From Planctomycetota bacterium (GTDB lineage: Bacteria; Planctomycetota; B15-G4; SIAN01): 64,000 bases of DNA. The DNA lies in NCBI GenBank assembly GCA_031409275.1, contig JANNXA010000055.1, forward strand, positions 256,001 through 320,000. Reading direction: 5' to 3'. The position numbers were made by a program, and so were the translations under genes. The notes under the pieces are model-generated. The model did not search any database and was not told the origin of the DNA. It was given only the letters and a program-made list of their open reading frames with translations. This document shows positions 1-9,823 of the stretch, piece after piece (the stretch's first letter is position 1; each line of letters starts with the position of its first letter).

Positions 1-860
1 AACGCCGGACCACCGGCCGGTCGATCGAGCACGTTCATGCGCGGCCGGTAGTGCGGCAACTGGTCGAGGTTCGCCGTCGTGAAGCGGTCGACCGTCGCAC
101 CGAGGTTGCGCGCGATGGCGAGCGCCTTGAGGAAGACCTCGGGCAGCGTCACCGCCGAGCCGACGTTCACATAGGCGCCGCCCTGAAGCTTCGTGACCTG
201 TTCGGCGAAACGGCGGAAGTCGGCGAGGCTCGTCGCGCCGATGGCGGCGCCATCCGCGGTCGCGTGCATGTGCACGATGTCGGCGCCGAGCGTGACATGG
301 ACGGTGCCCGGCGTCCCGCGCTGCACGCACTGCCAGAGCACCGAAAGCTCGCGATGCGGCAGCGCTTCGCGATCGATGGCGCGACCCACCGCCTCGCCGA
401 ATCCGATGCCCGCTTCAGCGCCGCGCCGCACGGCGCCGTTCAGGAACTCGGCGGTGTCGCGCGCCATGCCGAAGCTGCCGTCCTTGAGCGCGCTGCCCAC
501 ATCCTCCGACGTCGCGCCGATCATCGCCAGCTCGACATCGTGGATCGCGCCGGCGCCGTTGGTCGCCAGACCGTTCAGCAGCCCGCGATCGAGCAGATCG
601 ATCAGCAACGGTGACAGTCCCACCTTCAGCACATGCGCGCCGATCCCGAAGTAGATCGGAGCTCCGGCAGCGCGCGCGTGAAGCAGCGCCTTCGCCAGCC
701 CCTTCAAGGCCTTCGCCCCGAGCACGTCGGGCAAGGCGCCGAGCAACGCGGCGACGGCACCGGGCGGCGGCACATCGACGCGCGCGAACCCGTCGCGCGA
801 GACGAGGCTTGGACGGTCCGCGAGCGCGTAGGTCTTGAGGCGATCGAGCGGAAGAGTCAT
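1..860 (-). CDS. Deoxyhypusine-synthase-like (DHS-like NAD-binding) protein, 3' end runs off the window
   Basis: Not in the ORF track. Manual translation from ATG 860 (ATGA overlap with the upstream stop) gives MTLPLDRLKTYALADRPSLV...GIGAHVLKVGLSPLLIDLL...LATNGAGAIHDVELA...TSEDV...GSAVTLPEVFLKAL...HYRPRMNVL; open to the window edge. Confidence 0.75.
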   Translation of the reverse strand, partial: MTLPLDRLKTYALADRPSLVSRDGFARVDVPPPGAVAALLGALPDVLGAKALKGLAKALLHARAAGAPIYFGIGAHVLKVGLSPLLIDLLDRGLLNGLATNGAGAIHDVELAMIGATSEDVGSALKDGSFGMARDTAEFLNGAVRRGAEAGIGFGEAVGRAIDREALPHRELSVLWQCVQRGTPGTVHVTLGADIVHMHATADGAAIGATSLADFRRFAEQVTKLQGGAYVNVGSAVTLPEVFLKALAIARNLGATVDRFTTANLDQLPHYRPRMNVLDRPAGGPA

Positions 861-1813
861 GGAAGCGGGCGAGCATAGCGCTCGCGCCAGCGCGGATCGG
901 GCTCCGTGCCGCCCTTCTTCCAGCGTCGATGGAACCAGAGGTACTGCTGCGGATCGGCCCGGATCGCCGCTTCGAGACGCCGATGGAACAGGTCGGTGAT
1001 GCGCCAGGCATCCTCTTCGTCCGACAACGTCGGATCGACGGCCAGCGGCTCCTCGAAGCGCGCCTCGACTCGATGCGGGCCGGGGACGCGCGCGAACCAC
1101 GGGACGATCGGCGCACCGAAGCGCCGCGACAGCGCGGCCGCGAGCGTGAAGGTCGACGCCTCGGCATGGAAGAAGGGCACGCGCACGCCGCGACTGCCGG
1201 CGTGCTGATCGATCAGCAATCCGACGGTCGCTCCGCTGCGCAACGCGCGCGCGAGCGGCAGCCCGGCACCATCCTTCGCCACGAAACGCTGCCCATAGCG
1301 GCTGCGCAGCGCCATCAGCTCGGCGTCGAGCAGCCGGTTCTTCATGGGGCGCGCCACGACCACGCTGCGCAGTCCGAAGAGCGGCGCGAGCAGGCCGAAC
1401 AACTCCCAGTTGCCGAAATGGCCGGTCAACAGGATCACGCCGCGACCGAGCGCGAGCGCCGCATCGAGGTGATGGCGATCGCGCAGCTCGAGCATGGCCG
1501 ACGCGCCATTCCGCTCGACCAGGCGCGGCGCGAGGATCAGCTCGAGCGGGATGCGCATGAAGTGGGAGAAGCAGGCGCGCGACCACTCGCGAATCTGCGG
1601 ATCGTCGGGCGCGCGACCCAGCGCCGCAGCCATCTGCTCGCGAGCGAGGCGCGCGCGCGACGGCAACACGAGCCGCATCAACGTTCCGAGCGCGTCCGCG
1701 AGCCCGATCGACGCGCCGTCGGGAAGCCGGCGCGCCACGGCCAGGACGCCGCGCACGGCGACGGTCTCGATGCGATCGCGCAGCGTCGGCTTCGCGTCAG
1801 GCGCTCGCGGCAT
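857..1813 (-). CDS. Lipid A late acyltransferase / lysophospholipid acyltransferase (LpxL/HtrB family)
   Basis: TGHFGNWE motif, LLIDQ, VPFF, C-terminal PQQYLWFHRRWK. Confidence 0.9.
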   Translation of the reverse strand: MPRAPDAKPTLRDRIETVAVRGVLAVARRLPDGASIGLADALGTLMRLVLPSRARLAREQMAAALGRAPDDPQIREWSRACFSHFMRIPLELILAPRLVERNGASAMLELRDRHHLDAALALGRGVILLTGHFGNWELFGLLAPLFGLRSVVVARPMKNRLLDAELMALRSRYGQRFVAKDGAGLPLARALRSGATVGLLIDQHAGSRGVRVPFFHAEASTFTLAAALSRRFGAPIVPWFARVPGPHRVEARFEEPLAVDPTLSDEEDAWRITDLFHRRLEAAIRADPQQYLWFHRRWKKGGTEPDPRWRERYARPLP

Positions 1814-4800
1814 GCGTGCGCGCCTTCTCCTGCTCGAAGCGCATCGCCATCGGACGCGAGATGCCGTTGCCTTCCATTGTCACGCCGTAGAGCGTGTCGG
1901 CGACCGCCATCGTGCGCTTGTGGTGGGTGACGATCAGGAACTGCGTGCTGCCGAGGAAATCACGCACCATCAGCGAGAAGCGCTCCACGTTCGCCTCGTC
2001 GAGCGCCGCATCGACTTCGTCGAGCACGCAGAACGGCGACGGCCGGGTCGAGAAGAGCCCGAATAGGAGCGCCGCGGCGGTCAGCGTGCGCTCGCCGCCG
2101 GAGAGCATCGCGATCGAACGCGGGTCCTTGCCGGGCGGAGCGGCGACGATGTCGACGCCCATCTCGGCCGGATCGTCGGTCTCGACCAGCGTGAGGTCGG
2201 CGCGGCCACCGCCGAAGAGGCGACGGAACAACGCCTTGAAGTGCTCACGCACCGCGTCGTAGGTCGCGCTGAAGCGCACTTCGCACTCGCGATCGATTTC
2301 CTCGATCATCTCCTTCAGCTTCTGCTTGGCCTGCGCGAGGTCCTGCTTCTGCTGGTGGAGGAAGGTCGCGCGCCCCTCGACGGCCTGGAGCTCGTCGATC
2401 GCCACGACGTTCACCGGTCCCAACCGCGCGAGGGTGCCGCGCAGCTTCTCCGCCTCGTTCTCCATCACCGGCAGCGCCGTACCGAACAGGTCGAGGTCGA
2501 TCAGCACCTCGATCGGCGCGGGTGCCGGCGGCGCCGCCGACGCGAGCGCCGCCGCCTCGTCGCTTCCCGCCTGCACGAGCTGCGGAGCAGCCGGGGTCGC
2601 CGACGCCGCCGGCTCGACCGTCGCGGCGACCGCCAGGTCGTTCGCGGCAAGCGGCGCGGGGAGCAGCACGACGTTCGCGCGTCCCTCCTCCACTCGCACC
2701 ACCTGGCGCACCAGCTCGTCCGGCTCGATCAGCAGCTCTTCGCGAACCTTCTGCTCGAGGAGGTTGCTGTGCAGCCGCTGCTCCTGCTCGCGCAATTCGA
2801 GGCTCTGCGCGTGGCGGCTGTCGGTTTCGACCCCGCCGCGCAGCTCATGAACGCGGCGCCGGATCTCGCCGGTCTGCGCCTTGTGCTGCTCGAGCGCCCC
2901 TTGGCGCGCCGCGAGCTCCTGCGACTGCTCCTCGACCATGGCCAGCAGGCGCGACCGCTCGGCACCGGCCGCCGCATGCGCTTCACCGAGCCGCGCCTCT
3001 TCTTCGCCGAGCTCGACCAGTCGCCGATCGGCGCGCTTCAACTCCTCGTGGCGCTCGCGCAACCGCATCCGGGCCGCTTCGCGCGCGTCGTGCGACGCTT
3101 TCGCGCGCTCGGCGAGCTTCACCACCTCGATGTCGAGCGCGAGCGCGATCTCCTCGGCTTGCCGACGCTGGTCGGCGCCGCCGTGCAGCGCCTCGGCGGC
3201 CTGCGCCCGTTGCGCGCGCGCCTCGAGCCGCTTGCCATCGAGCGCGAGGCGGCGCGCCGACAACTCGCGCGCATCGCTCTTCAGCGAATTGCTGCGCCGT
3301 TCGAGATCGACGAGCTCGCGCGCATCGAGGCCGAGCTCCTCGCGCATGAGGTCGAGGCGGTTGGAATGGCCCTGCAGCTCCTTCTGCGCCACCCCTTCGA
3401 GCTGCGACGCTTCGGCGCGCCGACGCGCGCGCACCTCGCGGTCCCGCTCGCGCAGCGCGATCTCCTGCTGCTTCGATTCGAGTTCGGCGGTCCAGCCGGC
3501 GCATTCGCGCTCGCCGCGCGCGACCGACTGCTGGAGACGCTCGCGTTCGTTGCGCCGCGTGATGAGGCCGAGGAACTCGCCACGACCGCGGCTCACGCTC
3601 TCGAACGAGGAGAGCATCACCTCGCCCTCGGCGGAGACGAGCGCGCGCCCCTCCGGCGGCGAGCAAAGCGCCATCGGCACATCGGTCGGCAGCAGGTCGA
3701 AGCGGCCGAGCAGCGCGGCGAGCAGCTCGCCATCCTTCGCGTCGAACGTGCTGGCGCGCAGCAGCTCGCTCCATGCCAGCGCCGCGCCGCCTTCCGAGGC
3801 GCGCGTCGGGATCTCGGCCCGCGACAGGATGCGGATCCGTTCGAGCCCTTCGCGGCGCAGCACCTTCAAGACGCGATCGGCCGCGGCGCGGTCGCGGACG
3901 ACCAGCGCCTCGGAGAGCGGGCCGAGCGCCGCTTCGAGGACGCGCGCCGTCTCGGCCGGAGCGGTGACGAGGTCGGCGACGATCCCCTCGATGCCGGCGA
4001 GCTCGGGGTCGCCTTGCGCGGCCCGTTCGAGCAGTCCGCGCACCACCTCGCTCACCCCTTCGTGGCGAGCGATCGCATCCTCGAGCATGAGCAGCTTGGA
4101 GCGCTCGCTCTCGACCTTCGATTCGCGATGGCGCAGGCGGTCGGAGAGCGCCTGACGATCGGAGTAGAGGCGACCGAGCACGTCGTCGTCCGCCGACAGC
4201 TCCGACTCCAGCGCGAAGCGATCGGAGGTGAGGCCGTCGACGCGACGTCGCATCGTCCGCACCGTGAGGGCGGTGTCGGCGATCGAACGCGAGCGTTCGG
4301 CGCTGCGCGCTTCGAGCTTGCGACGCGACTGCGATAGCGCCTTCCAGTGCGACTCGACGTCGGCGAGCTCGCTGCGCGCGCGCTGCTCCGCTTCGACGAG
4401 ATCGAGCTCGTCGCGCTCGAGTTCGACGAGCTGCCGCTCGAGCTCCTGCGCTTCGCGCGCCAGTTCCTGCACGCGCCGTTGCGCGAGGTGCTTCTCCTCG
4501 CGCCGATCAGCCTCCTGCTCGGCGACCTCGGCCACCCGCGCCTCCGCCTCGCGTTCGAGCCGCGCGAGCTGCTCGATCTGATCGGAGATCTCCTCGCGCC
4601 GCGCGCCGCCTTCGTCCCGTTCGCGGCCATTCTCTTGGCTGCGTTCGGCGAGCTCGGAGAGGCGGGCCGCGAGGTGCTCGCTGCGCGCGCGCCGTTCCGC
4701 CAACGTGCTGCGCAGATCGGAGATCAGCGCGGCCTGGCCCGCGAGCTCTTCCTCGCGACTCGACAGCGACTCCTCCGCGACCGAGAGCTCGGCGCGGGCG

Positions 4801-5564
4801 GCCACCACCTGCGCGGTCACCGTCTCCCGTTCGCCGCCCAGCTCCGCGAGCAACGCCGAGAGCTCGCGCCGCTTGCGCGCGAAGAGGACGGCGAGCACGC
4901 AGCGCAGTCGATCGCGCTTCTCGACGTAGGTGCGGGCGCGCCCCGCCTGCACCTTGAGCGAGCGCACCTGCCGCTCGAGCTCGCCGAGCAGGTCGGTGGC
5001 GCGCTGGATGTCCTGATCGGTGCGATCGAGGCGGCGCACCGCTTCCTTGCGGCGCACGCGGTAGCGGCTGGTCCCGGCGGCCTCCTCGAGCAGCACGCGC
5101 CGCTCGGCGGGACTCGCGCGCAGGATCGCGTCGATCTGCCCCTGCGCCATGAACGAGTAGCCGCCGACGCCGAGCCCGGTGTCGAGGAAGAGATCCTTGA
5201 TCTCCTTCAGCTTCGCGGGCGCGTCGTTGATGCGGTACTCGCCGTCGCCTTCCTTGCTCAAGCGGCGGGTCACCTTCACTTCCGCGGACGGATGCGGCAG
5301 GCGTCCCTTGCTGTTGTCGAACACCAGCGAGACTTCGGCCCCATCGACGCTCGCCGAATCACCGCGGTAGACGACGTCGGCCATGCCGGAGCTGCGCAGC
5401 CGCGTCGGCCGCGTCTCGCCGAGCGCCCATTGGATGGCGTCGACGAGGTTGCTCTTGCCGCAGCCGTTGGGCCCGACGATCGCGGTGATGCCGTCGCCGA
5501 TCAGGAACTCGGTCCGATTGGCGAACGACTTGAAGCCGTACATCTCGACCTTGGTGAGCTTCAT
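1797..5564 (-). CDS. smc: Chromosome segregation protein SMC
   Basis: Start [15 protein letters not shown] at 5564 (ATGA overlap); Walker A GPNGCGKSN, long coiled coils, signature LSGGE, Walker B/D-loop LDEVDAALD, IVTH. Confidence 0.95.
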   Translation of the reverse strand: MKLTKVEMYGFKSFANRTEFLIGDGITAIVGPNGCGKSNLVDAIQWALGETRPTRLRSSGMADVVYRGDSASVDGAEVSLVFDNSKGRLPHPSAEVKVTRRLSKEGDGEYRINDAPAKLKEIKDLFLDTGLGVGGYSFMAQGQIDAILRASPAERRVLLEEAAGTSRYRVRRKEAVRRLDRTDQDIQRATDLLGELERQVRSLKVQAGRARTYVEKRDRLRCVLAVLFARKRRELSALLAELGGERETVTAQVVAARAELSVAEESLSSREEELAGQAALISDLRSTLAERRARSEHLAARLSELAERSQENGRERDEGGARREEISDQIEQLARLEREAEARVAEVAEQEADRREEKHLAQRRVQELAREAQELERQLVELERDELDLVEAEQRARSELADVESHWKALSQSRRKLEARSAERSRSIADTALTVRTMRRRVDGLTSDRFALESELSADDDVLGRLYSDRQALSDRLRHRESKVESERSKLLMLEDAIARHEGVSEVVRGLLERAAQGDPELAGIEGIVADLVTAPAETARVLEAALGPLSEALVVRDRAAADRVLKVLRREGLERIRILSRAEIPTRASEGGAALAWSELLRASTFDAKDGELLAALLGRFDLLPTDVPMALCSPPEGRALVSAEGEVMLSSFESVSRGRGEFLGLITRRNERERLQQSVARGERECAGWTAELESKQQEIALRERDREVRARRRAEASQLEGVAQKELQGHSNRLDLMREELGLDARELVDLERRSNSLKSDARELSARRLALDGKRLEARAQRAQAAEALHGGADQRRQAEEIALALDIEVVKLAERAKASHDAREAARMRLRERHEELKRADRRLVELGEEEARLGEAHAAAGAERSRLLAMVEEQSQELAARQGALEQHKAQTGEIRRRVHELRGGVETDSRHAQSLELREQEQRLHSNLLEQKVREELLIEPDELVRQVVRVEEGRANVVLLPAPLAANDLAVAATVEPAASATPAAPQLVQAGSDEAAALASAAPPAPAPIEVLIDLDLFGTALPVMENEAEKLRGTLARLGPVNVVAIDELQAVEGRATFLHQQKQDLAQAKQKLKEMIEEIDRECEVRFSATYDAVREHFKALFRRLFGGGRADLTLVETDDPAEMGVDIVAAPPGKDPRSIAMLSGGERTLTAAALLFGLFSTRPSPFCVLDEVDAALDEANVERFSLMVRDFLGSTQFLIVTHHKRTMAVADTLYGVTMEGNGISRPMAMRFEQEKARTHAASA

Positions 5565-7501
5565 GAGGTGGGCGATCCTTCGGGCGGTCGAACGACGCGG
5601 AGCGAGGGGCCGGCGACGGTGGCGGCGAGCGCCTGGCCGTGCGGCTGCGGGTCGAAGGCATAGCGAAAGGCGGCGCCGTCGTGGGCGATGCCCAGCACGT
5701 CGCAACCGCGCGGGAAACGGAGGAAGTCGGCGCGACCGAAACGCGCCTCGGCATCGGGGAACGACTCTTCGCGCAATTCGAAGCGCGCCGCCGCGGCCCC
5801 GCCCGCCGGCAACGCCGACCGCAGGCGATCGAGCAGCCGCCCGCGCAACGCGAGCGCCGACTCGCTCTCCTGCGGGTCGCGCTCCGTGATGGCGCGCACC
5901 GCGGCGTCGACCCCCACCGGGACGAGCACGATCTGGTAGGCGTGGCTCCCGGGCAGTTCGAGCGGCAGGTCGCGCGCGATCTCGCGCAACAGGTCGCGCA
6001 GTCGCCGCAGGAACCCGACCCCCTGCTCATCGCGCTGCAGCAGGACGCGCAGGAGGTTCGCGCCGGCGGCGACCGCCCGCTCGACGATCTCGGGCAGCGC
6101 GATCAACAGTTCACGCTCACCGCGGCGGCCGGCGGAGAGCGCCAGTCTCGCGACGTTCATGCCGATGCGCGCGCCGACCACGCGCACCGTCGGGCCGGAG
6201 AGCGGCGCATGGGCGACGTCGGCGGCGCCGAGCGCGAGCGCCGACTGCAACGGCGCCGCGAAACGCAGCAGCTGCGATTCCTCTTCGCCGGCGTCGAGCA
6301 GCAGGCGCACGCGCGGCACGCGCAGGTGCGGCGACACCGCCACCGCCTCTTCGAGCAGCTGCTTCACGAAGGCGTGCATCCGCTCGCGAACGGCACCCGG
6401 CGCGCCACCGCGCCGAAACAGGCTGGTCGCGGAGGAGGGTGGCAGATCGGCGCCGACGCCCAGCACGCGCCGCAGCGGCTGCGTGCGCGAGCCGCGGCCA
6501 GGCGCATCGGCCAGCGCCAACAGCAGCGTGCGCGCCGCATCGGCCGCACGCGCGTCGTCGGCAAACGCCGGCGCGAGCGCGCGCTCGACGTGGTGGAGTT
6601 CGAGCGGCCCGTGCAGCGCGGGCTCGAGGCCATGCACGAGGTGGAGCAGGCTGGCGAGTGCGCCCGGCCACGCGGCGCGCCGCACTTCGCCGAAGTCGAG
6701 CGTGGCCTGCAGCACCTGTCCCGGCGCCTGCAATCCGTCGACGTGCAGGGCCCCTTCCAGGTGCGCGGTCGCGACCGCCGGCTCGAGCAGGCGACACAGC
6801 GAGTAGCGGCGCAGGAGTTCTCCGCCGAGCCGGACTTCCGGACGTTCGCTGTCGACCCCGCGCTGGAATGCGATCGCCTCGACTTCGCTCGCCGGCAGGC
6901 CGAGGCCCTGGTCGCGCGCCAGTCGATCGGCGCAACCGCGCGCCACCAGCTCCGCCGCCACCAACTGGCGCAGCGTGGCCGCCGCGATGACATCGCCGCC
7001 GAGCGCGCGCGCCTGCCGTTCGACGGCGGCGGCGACGGCGGTCGCATCGGCCCGCTTCATGCCACCGTCGACGAGCAGCGCGGTCGCGATCTTCGCCGCA
7101 TCGAACGGATCGAGGCATTCGCGCCCGAGCGAAGCGACCTGCAGCGTGGCGTCGCGCGCGCCGCCAGGTGCCGCGACCAGCGGTTCATTGGCGTGCAACA
7201 AGATGTAGGAACGGGCCACCTCGTGATGGCCGGTCTCCATCAGCACGCGCTCGGTGGTCTCGCGCAGCGCACGAGTCGATGCGGCGACGCTCCCGTGCTC
7301 CTCGTCGAGCACCAGCGCGACCAGCGCCGCGAGCTCCTCGGCCAGCAGCAGCTCGCCCTGTCCGACCGCAACGGCGGCGCGGTGGATCGATTGCGCGAGC
7401 CGCTGCGCGTTGAACGGTTCGCGGCTGCCGTCGCGGCGCACGATCTCGCGGATCGGCGGCCGGCCCGACGGCGTGAAGCAGTCGTCGCCGTGATCAGCCA
7501 C
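5561..7501 (-). CDS. Tandem ATP-cone plus degenerate, truncated class III ribonucleotide reductase (NrdD)-like protein
   Basis: N-terminal ATP cone [29 protein letters not shown], second cone [11 protein letters not shown]; NrdD-like blocks [41 protein letters not shown]; no CxxC zinc ribbon or RxxGY glycyl-radical motif. Confidence 0.7.
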   Translation of the reverse strand: MADHGDDCFTPSGRPPIREIVRRDGSREPFNAQRLAQSIHRAAVAVGQGELLLAEELAALVALVLDEEHGSVAASTRALRETTERVLMETGHHEVARSYILLHANEPLVAAPGGARDATLQVASLGRECLDPFDAAKIATALLVDGGMKRADATAVAAAVERQARALGGDVIAAATLRQLVAAELVARGCADRLARDQGLGLPASEVEAIAFQRGVDSERPEVRLGGELLRRYSLCRLLEPAVATAHLEGALHVDGLQAPGQVLQATLDFGEVRRAAWPGALASLLHLVHGLEPALHGPLELHHVERALAPAFADDARAADAARTLLLALADAPGRGSRTQPLRRVLGVGADLPPSSATSLFRRGGAPGAVRERMHAFVKQLLEEAVAVSPHLRVPRVRLLLDAGEEESQLLRFAAPLQSALALGAADVAHAPLSGPTVRVVGARIGMNVARLALSAGRRGERELLIALPEIVERAVAAGANLLRVLLQRDEQGVGFLRRLRDLLREIARDLPLELPGSHAYQIVLVPVGVDAAVRAITERDPQESESALALRGRLLDRLRSALPAGGAAAARFELREESFPDAEARFGRADFLRFPRGCDVLGIAHDGAAFRYAFDPQPHGQALAATVAGPSLRVVRPPEGSPTS

Positions 7502-8006
7502 GGTGGCCGCCTTCGCCGCGCGGGTCGTTGCGGCGCGGCGCCTTCGGATCGGGGCGGTCGTTCAGGAGCGGGCCGAGCTCCTCGAGGAACTGCTCGACGT
7601 CCTTGAACTCGCGGTACACCGAGGCGAAGCGAACGTAGGCCACCGGATCGAGCTTGCGCAGCTCGTTCATCACGAGGTTGCCGACGAACTGCGACGACAC
7701 GTCCTTGTCGAACATCTCGTTCAGCTGCGCCTCGATGCGACGGCACAGCTCCTCGATCTGCTCCTGCGACACCGGCCGCTTCTCGCACGCCTTCAGGATT
7801 CCGGCGCGCAGCTTGGCGCGATCGAAGGGGACGCGCGTGCCGTCCTTCTTGATGACGCGCAGTTCGAGTTCTTCGATGGTCTCGTAGGTCGTGAAGCGGC
7901 GGCCGCAATCGAGGCACTCGCGGCGGCGACGGATCACCGCCGCGTCGCCCGAGGTGCGCGAGTCGATGACCTTGTCGTTGTTCGCCTTGCAGTACGGACA
8001 CCGCAT
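7494..8006 (-). CDS. nrdR: Transcriptional repressor NrdR
   Basis: [31 protein letters not shown] zinc ribbon, ATP cone, [13 protein letters not shown]. Confidence 0.97.
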   Translation of the reverse strand: MRCPYCKANNDKVIDSRTSGDAAVIRRRRECLDCGRRFTTYETIEELELRVIKKDGTRVPFDRAKLRAGILKACEKRPVSQEQIEELCRRIEAQLNEMFDKDVSSQFVGNLVMNELRKLDPVAYVRFASVYREFKDVEQFLEELGPLLNDRPDPKAPRRNDPRGEGGHRG

Positions 8007-8044
8007 CGCGGCGCGATCCCCCTCAGGCCTGCGAGAGCCGCGGG

Positions 8045-8073
8045 ATTGTCGCGCCCCAGGGATGGGGTGTCAA
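8045..8073 (-). promoter_or_regulatory. sigma70-type promoter of the nrdR operon
   Basis: Minus strand TTGACA (8073-8068), 17 bp, GACAAT (8050-8045), ending about 40 bp before the nrdR start. Confidence 0.65.
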
Positions 8074-8100
8074 AGTTCCTGACCGACGAGATATGGGGTT
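8054..8100 (-). promoter_or_regulatory. Tandem NrdR-box-like operators
   Basis: AACCCCATATCTCGTC (8100-8085) and CACCCCATCCCTGGGG (8069-8054), offset by 31 bp; they resemble the acaCwAtATaTwGtg consensus and flank or overlap the -35. Confidence 0.6.
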
Positions 8101-8122
8101 GCGGGCGCGCACCGCGCCGCAA

Positions 8123-9823
8123 TCAGCGCCCCTGACGCAGCTGCCCGGCTTCGAAACGCAGGTGGGCGCGATCGAAGAAGCGTTGGAGCTGCGGGAACGC
8201 CGGCAGTTGCCCCGCCAGCTTCTGCAGCGCTTCCGGGTCACTTCGCCACACCTTGTCCGCAATCTCGAGCGCTTTCGTCGTCTCTTCGAGTCCCACCTGC
8301 GTCGCCACGAGCCCGAGCCAGGCGTCAATCCGCGTGTCATCGACCGCGATCGCCTGCTCGAAGGCGCGGCGCGCGAGGAAGAGCGACTCGCGCTGGTTCG
8401 GGTTCGATTCGAAGTACTGCAGGAGGCTCAGCCCCAACCCGGCGAGCCCGCCGCTCAACGCCGCACGCGAGAGGCCAAGTTCGCCGAGCCATCGATCGAC
8501 CGGCTCGCGCAACGCCGCCACGGCCTGCGCCGCGTCGATCCCGGCCGCCCGCGCGCCAAGCGCTTCGAGCAGCGGACGCACCAGCGACTCGGCCAGCCGG
8601 GCCGTCCCATCGAGGTCGGGGTGACAGTAGTCGAGGAAGAGGTCGCTGCCGGGAGCGGGGCCGCCGCCAACCACGAAGAGCTCGGCGGGATCGACGAGCC
8701 GTGCGCTGCCGTTCGCGGCGAACTCGCGCACCACGGCAGCGAGCCTCGGGCCCGCACGGTTGGGAGAGCCGTCGCAAGCGAGCGCGCGCGAATAGGCGGC
8801 GCGCGCCGCGGCGTCGTCGCCCATCGCGGCCGCGAGGCGCGCGGCGAGGAACTGAACTCGCGCGACGCTGGCATCCTGCGCCAGCAGCTGCGCGACTTCC
8901 TCGCGCAGGCTCGCGAGCGGCGACGGCGGTGTCGCGGCATCGGCTCGATCGAGCGTCGCCGCCGCGGCCTCGATCCGCGCCACCGCCGCGCGATAGGAGT
9001 CGCGCTGCCCGGGTGCGAGCGGCTCGCTGAAGTGCGAGTAGCACGGCTCGAACGAGAGATTCTCGACCGGCGTCATCAGCAGCAGCGGCACCCCGGCCCC
9101 ACGCGCCGCGGCGGCGATCGCTGCGAGGTTCTCGCGGTAGCGCGCGACGCCGCGCTCGAACTCGCGAGGCGAGAGCCATGGCGCATCGCCGATGGGCTGC
9201 GGCGACGGTCGCGATTCGGGTGGCAACGCGCGCCGCCATTCGCGCGACTGCCCGGCACGCACGCACGCGAGCGAGCGCAGCGCCGTACGCAACGCCGGCC
9301 ACAGCCCCTCGCGCAACGGCTCGACGTAGGAGGCCTGGAATTCGTTGTGGCCGCTGCTGACGACCAGGACGTCAGGGGCCAGGGTCAACGCGGCCAGCGC
9401 GGCCTCGCGGACGTCGTCGCTCGAATCGGCGGAGCGCCCGAAGTTCACCACTTCGAGCGAAGCGGGCGCTCCGCCGCGACGCAGCGCCCACTCGAGCAGC
9501 CTCGCGAAAGAGAGCTGCCCATGGAACGGGAAGCCGGCCACGGTCGACTCGCCCACGACGATCACGCGCAGCGCGCCCGCGACCTTTTCGGGGGCGCAGG
9601 TGAGGCGGTCGGCGGCGGCGGCGGGATCGCCACTCTCGCCGCTCGCACTCGGCGCACGCGCGACGCGTGGCCCGTTCGGCGTGGTGAGCCTGACGAGCGG
9701 CGGCTCGACTCCAACGTGCAGGAGGCGGAGCACCACCTCGAGCAGCGCGAAGACGACTAGCGCGCCGCTCGCGCCGATCAGCGCGAGCCCGACCCGACCG
9801 CCGCGGGGCAACGGAGCGCTCAC
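8123..9823 (-). CDS. Membrane-anchored SGNH/GDSL hydrolase with TPR-like helices
   Basis: Likely GTG start 9823 (GTGA overlap); N-terminal TM, block I VVGEST, block III GHNE, block V DYCHP. Confidence 0.75.
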   Translation of the reverse strand: MSAPLPRGGRVGLALIGASGALVVFALLEVVLRLLHVGVEPPLVRLTTPNGPRVARAPSASGESGDPAAAADRLTCAPEKVAGALRVIVVGESTVAGFPFHGQLSFARLLEWALRRGGAPASLEVVNFGRSADSSDDVREAALAALTLAPDVLVVSSGHNEFQASYVEPLREGLWPALRTALRSLACVRAGQSREWRRALPPESRPSPQPIGDAPWLSPREFERGVARYRENLAAIAAAARGAGVPLLLMTPVENLSFEPCYSHFSEPLAPGQRDSYRAAVARIEAAAATLDRADAATPPSPLASLREEVAQLLAQDASVARVQFLAARLAAAMGDDAAARAAYSRALACDGSPNRAGPRLAAVVREFAANGSARLVDPAELFVVGGGPAPGSDLFLDYCHPDLDGTARLAESLVRPLLEALGARAAGIDAAQAVAALREPVDRWLGELGLSRAALSGGLAGLGLSLLQYFESNPNQRESLFLARRAFEQAIAVDDTRIDAWLGLVATQVGLEETTKALEIADKVWRSDPEALQKLAGQLPAFPQLQRFFDRAHLRFEAGQLRQGR

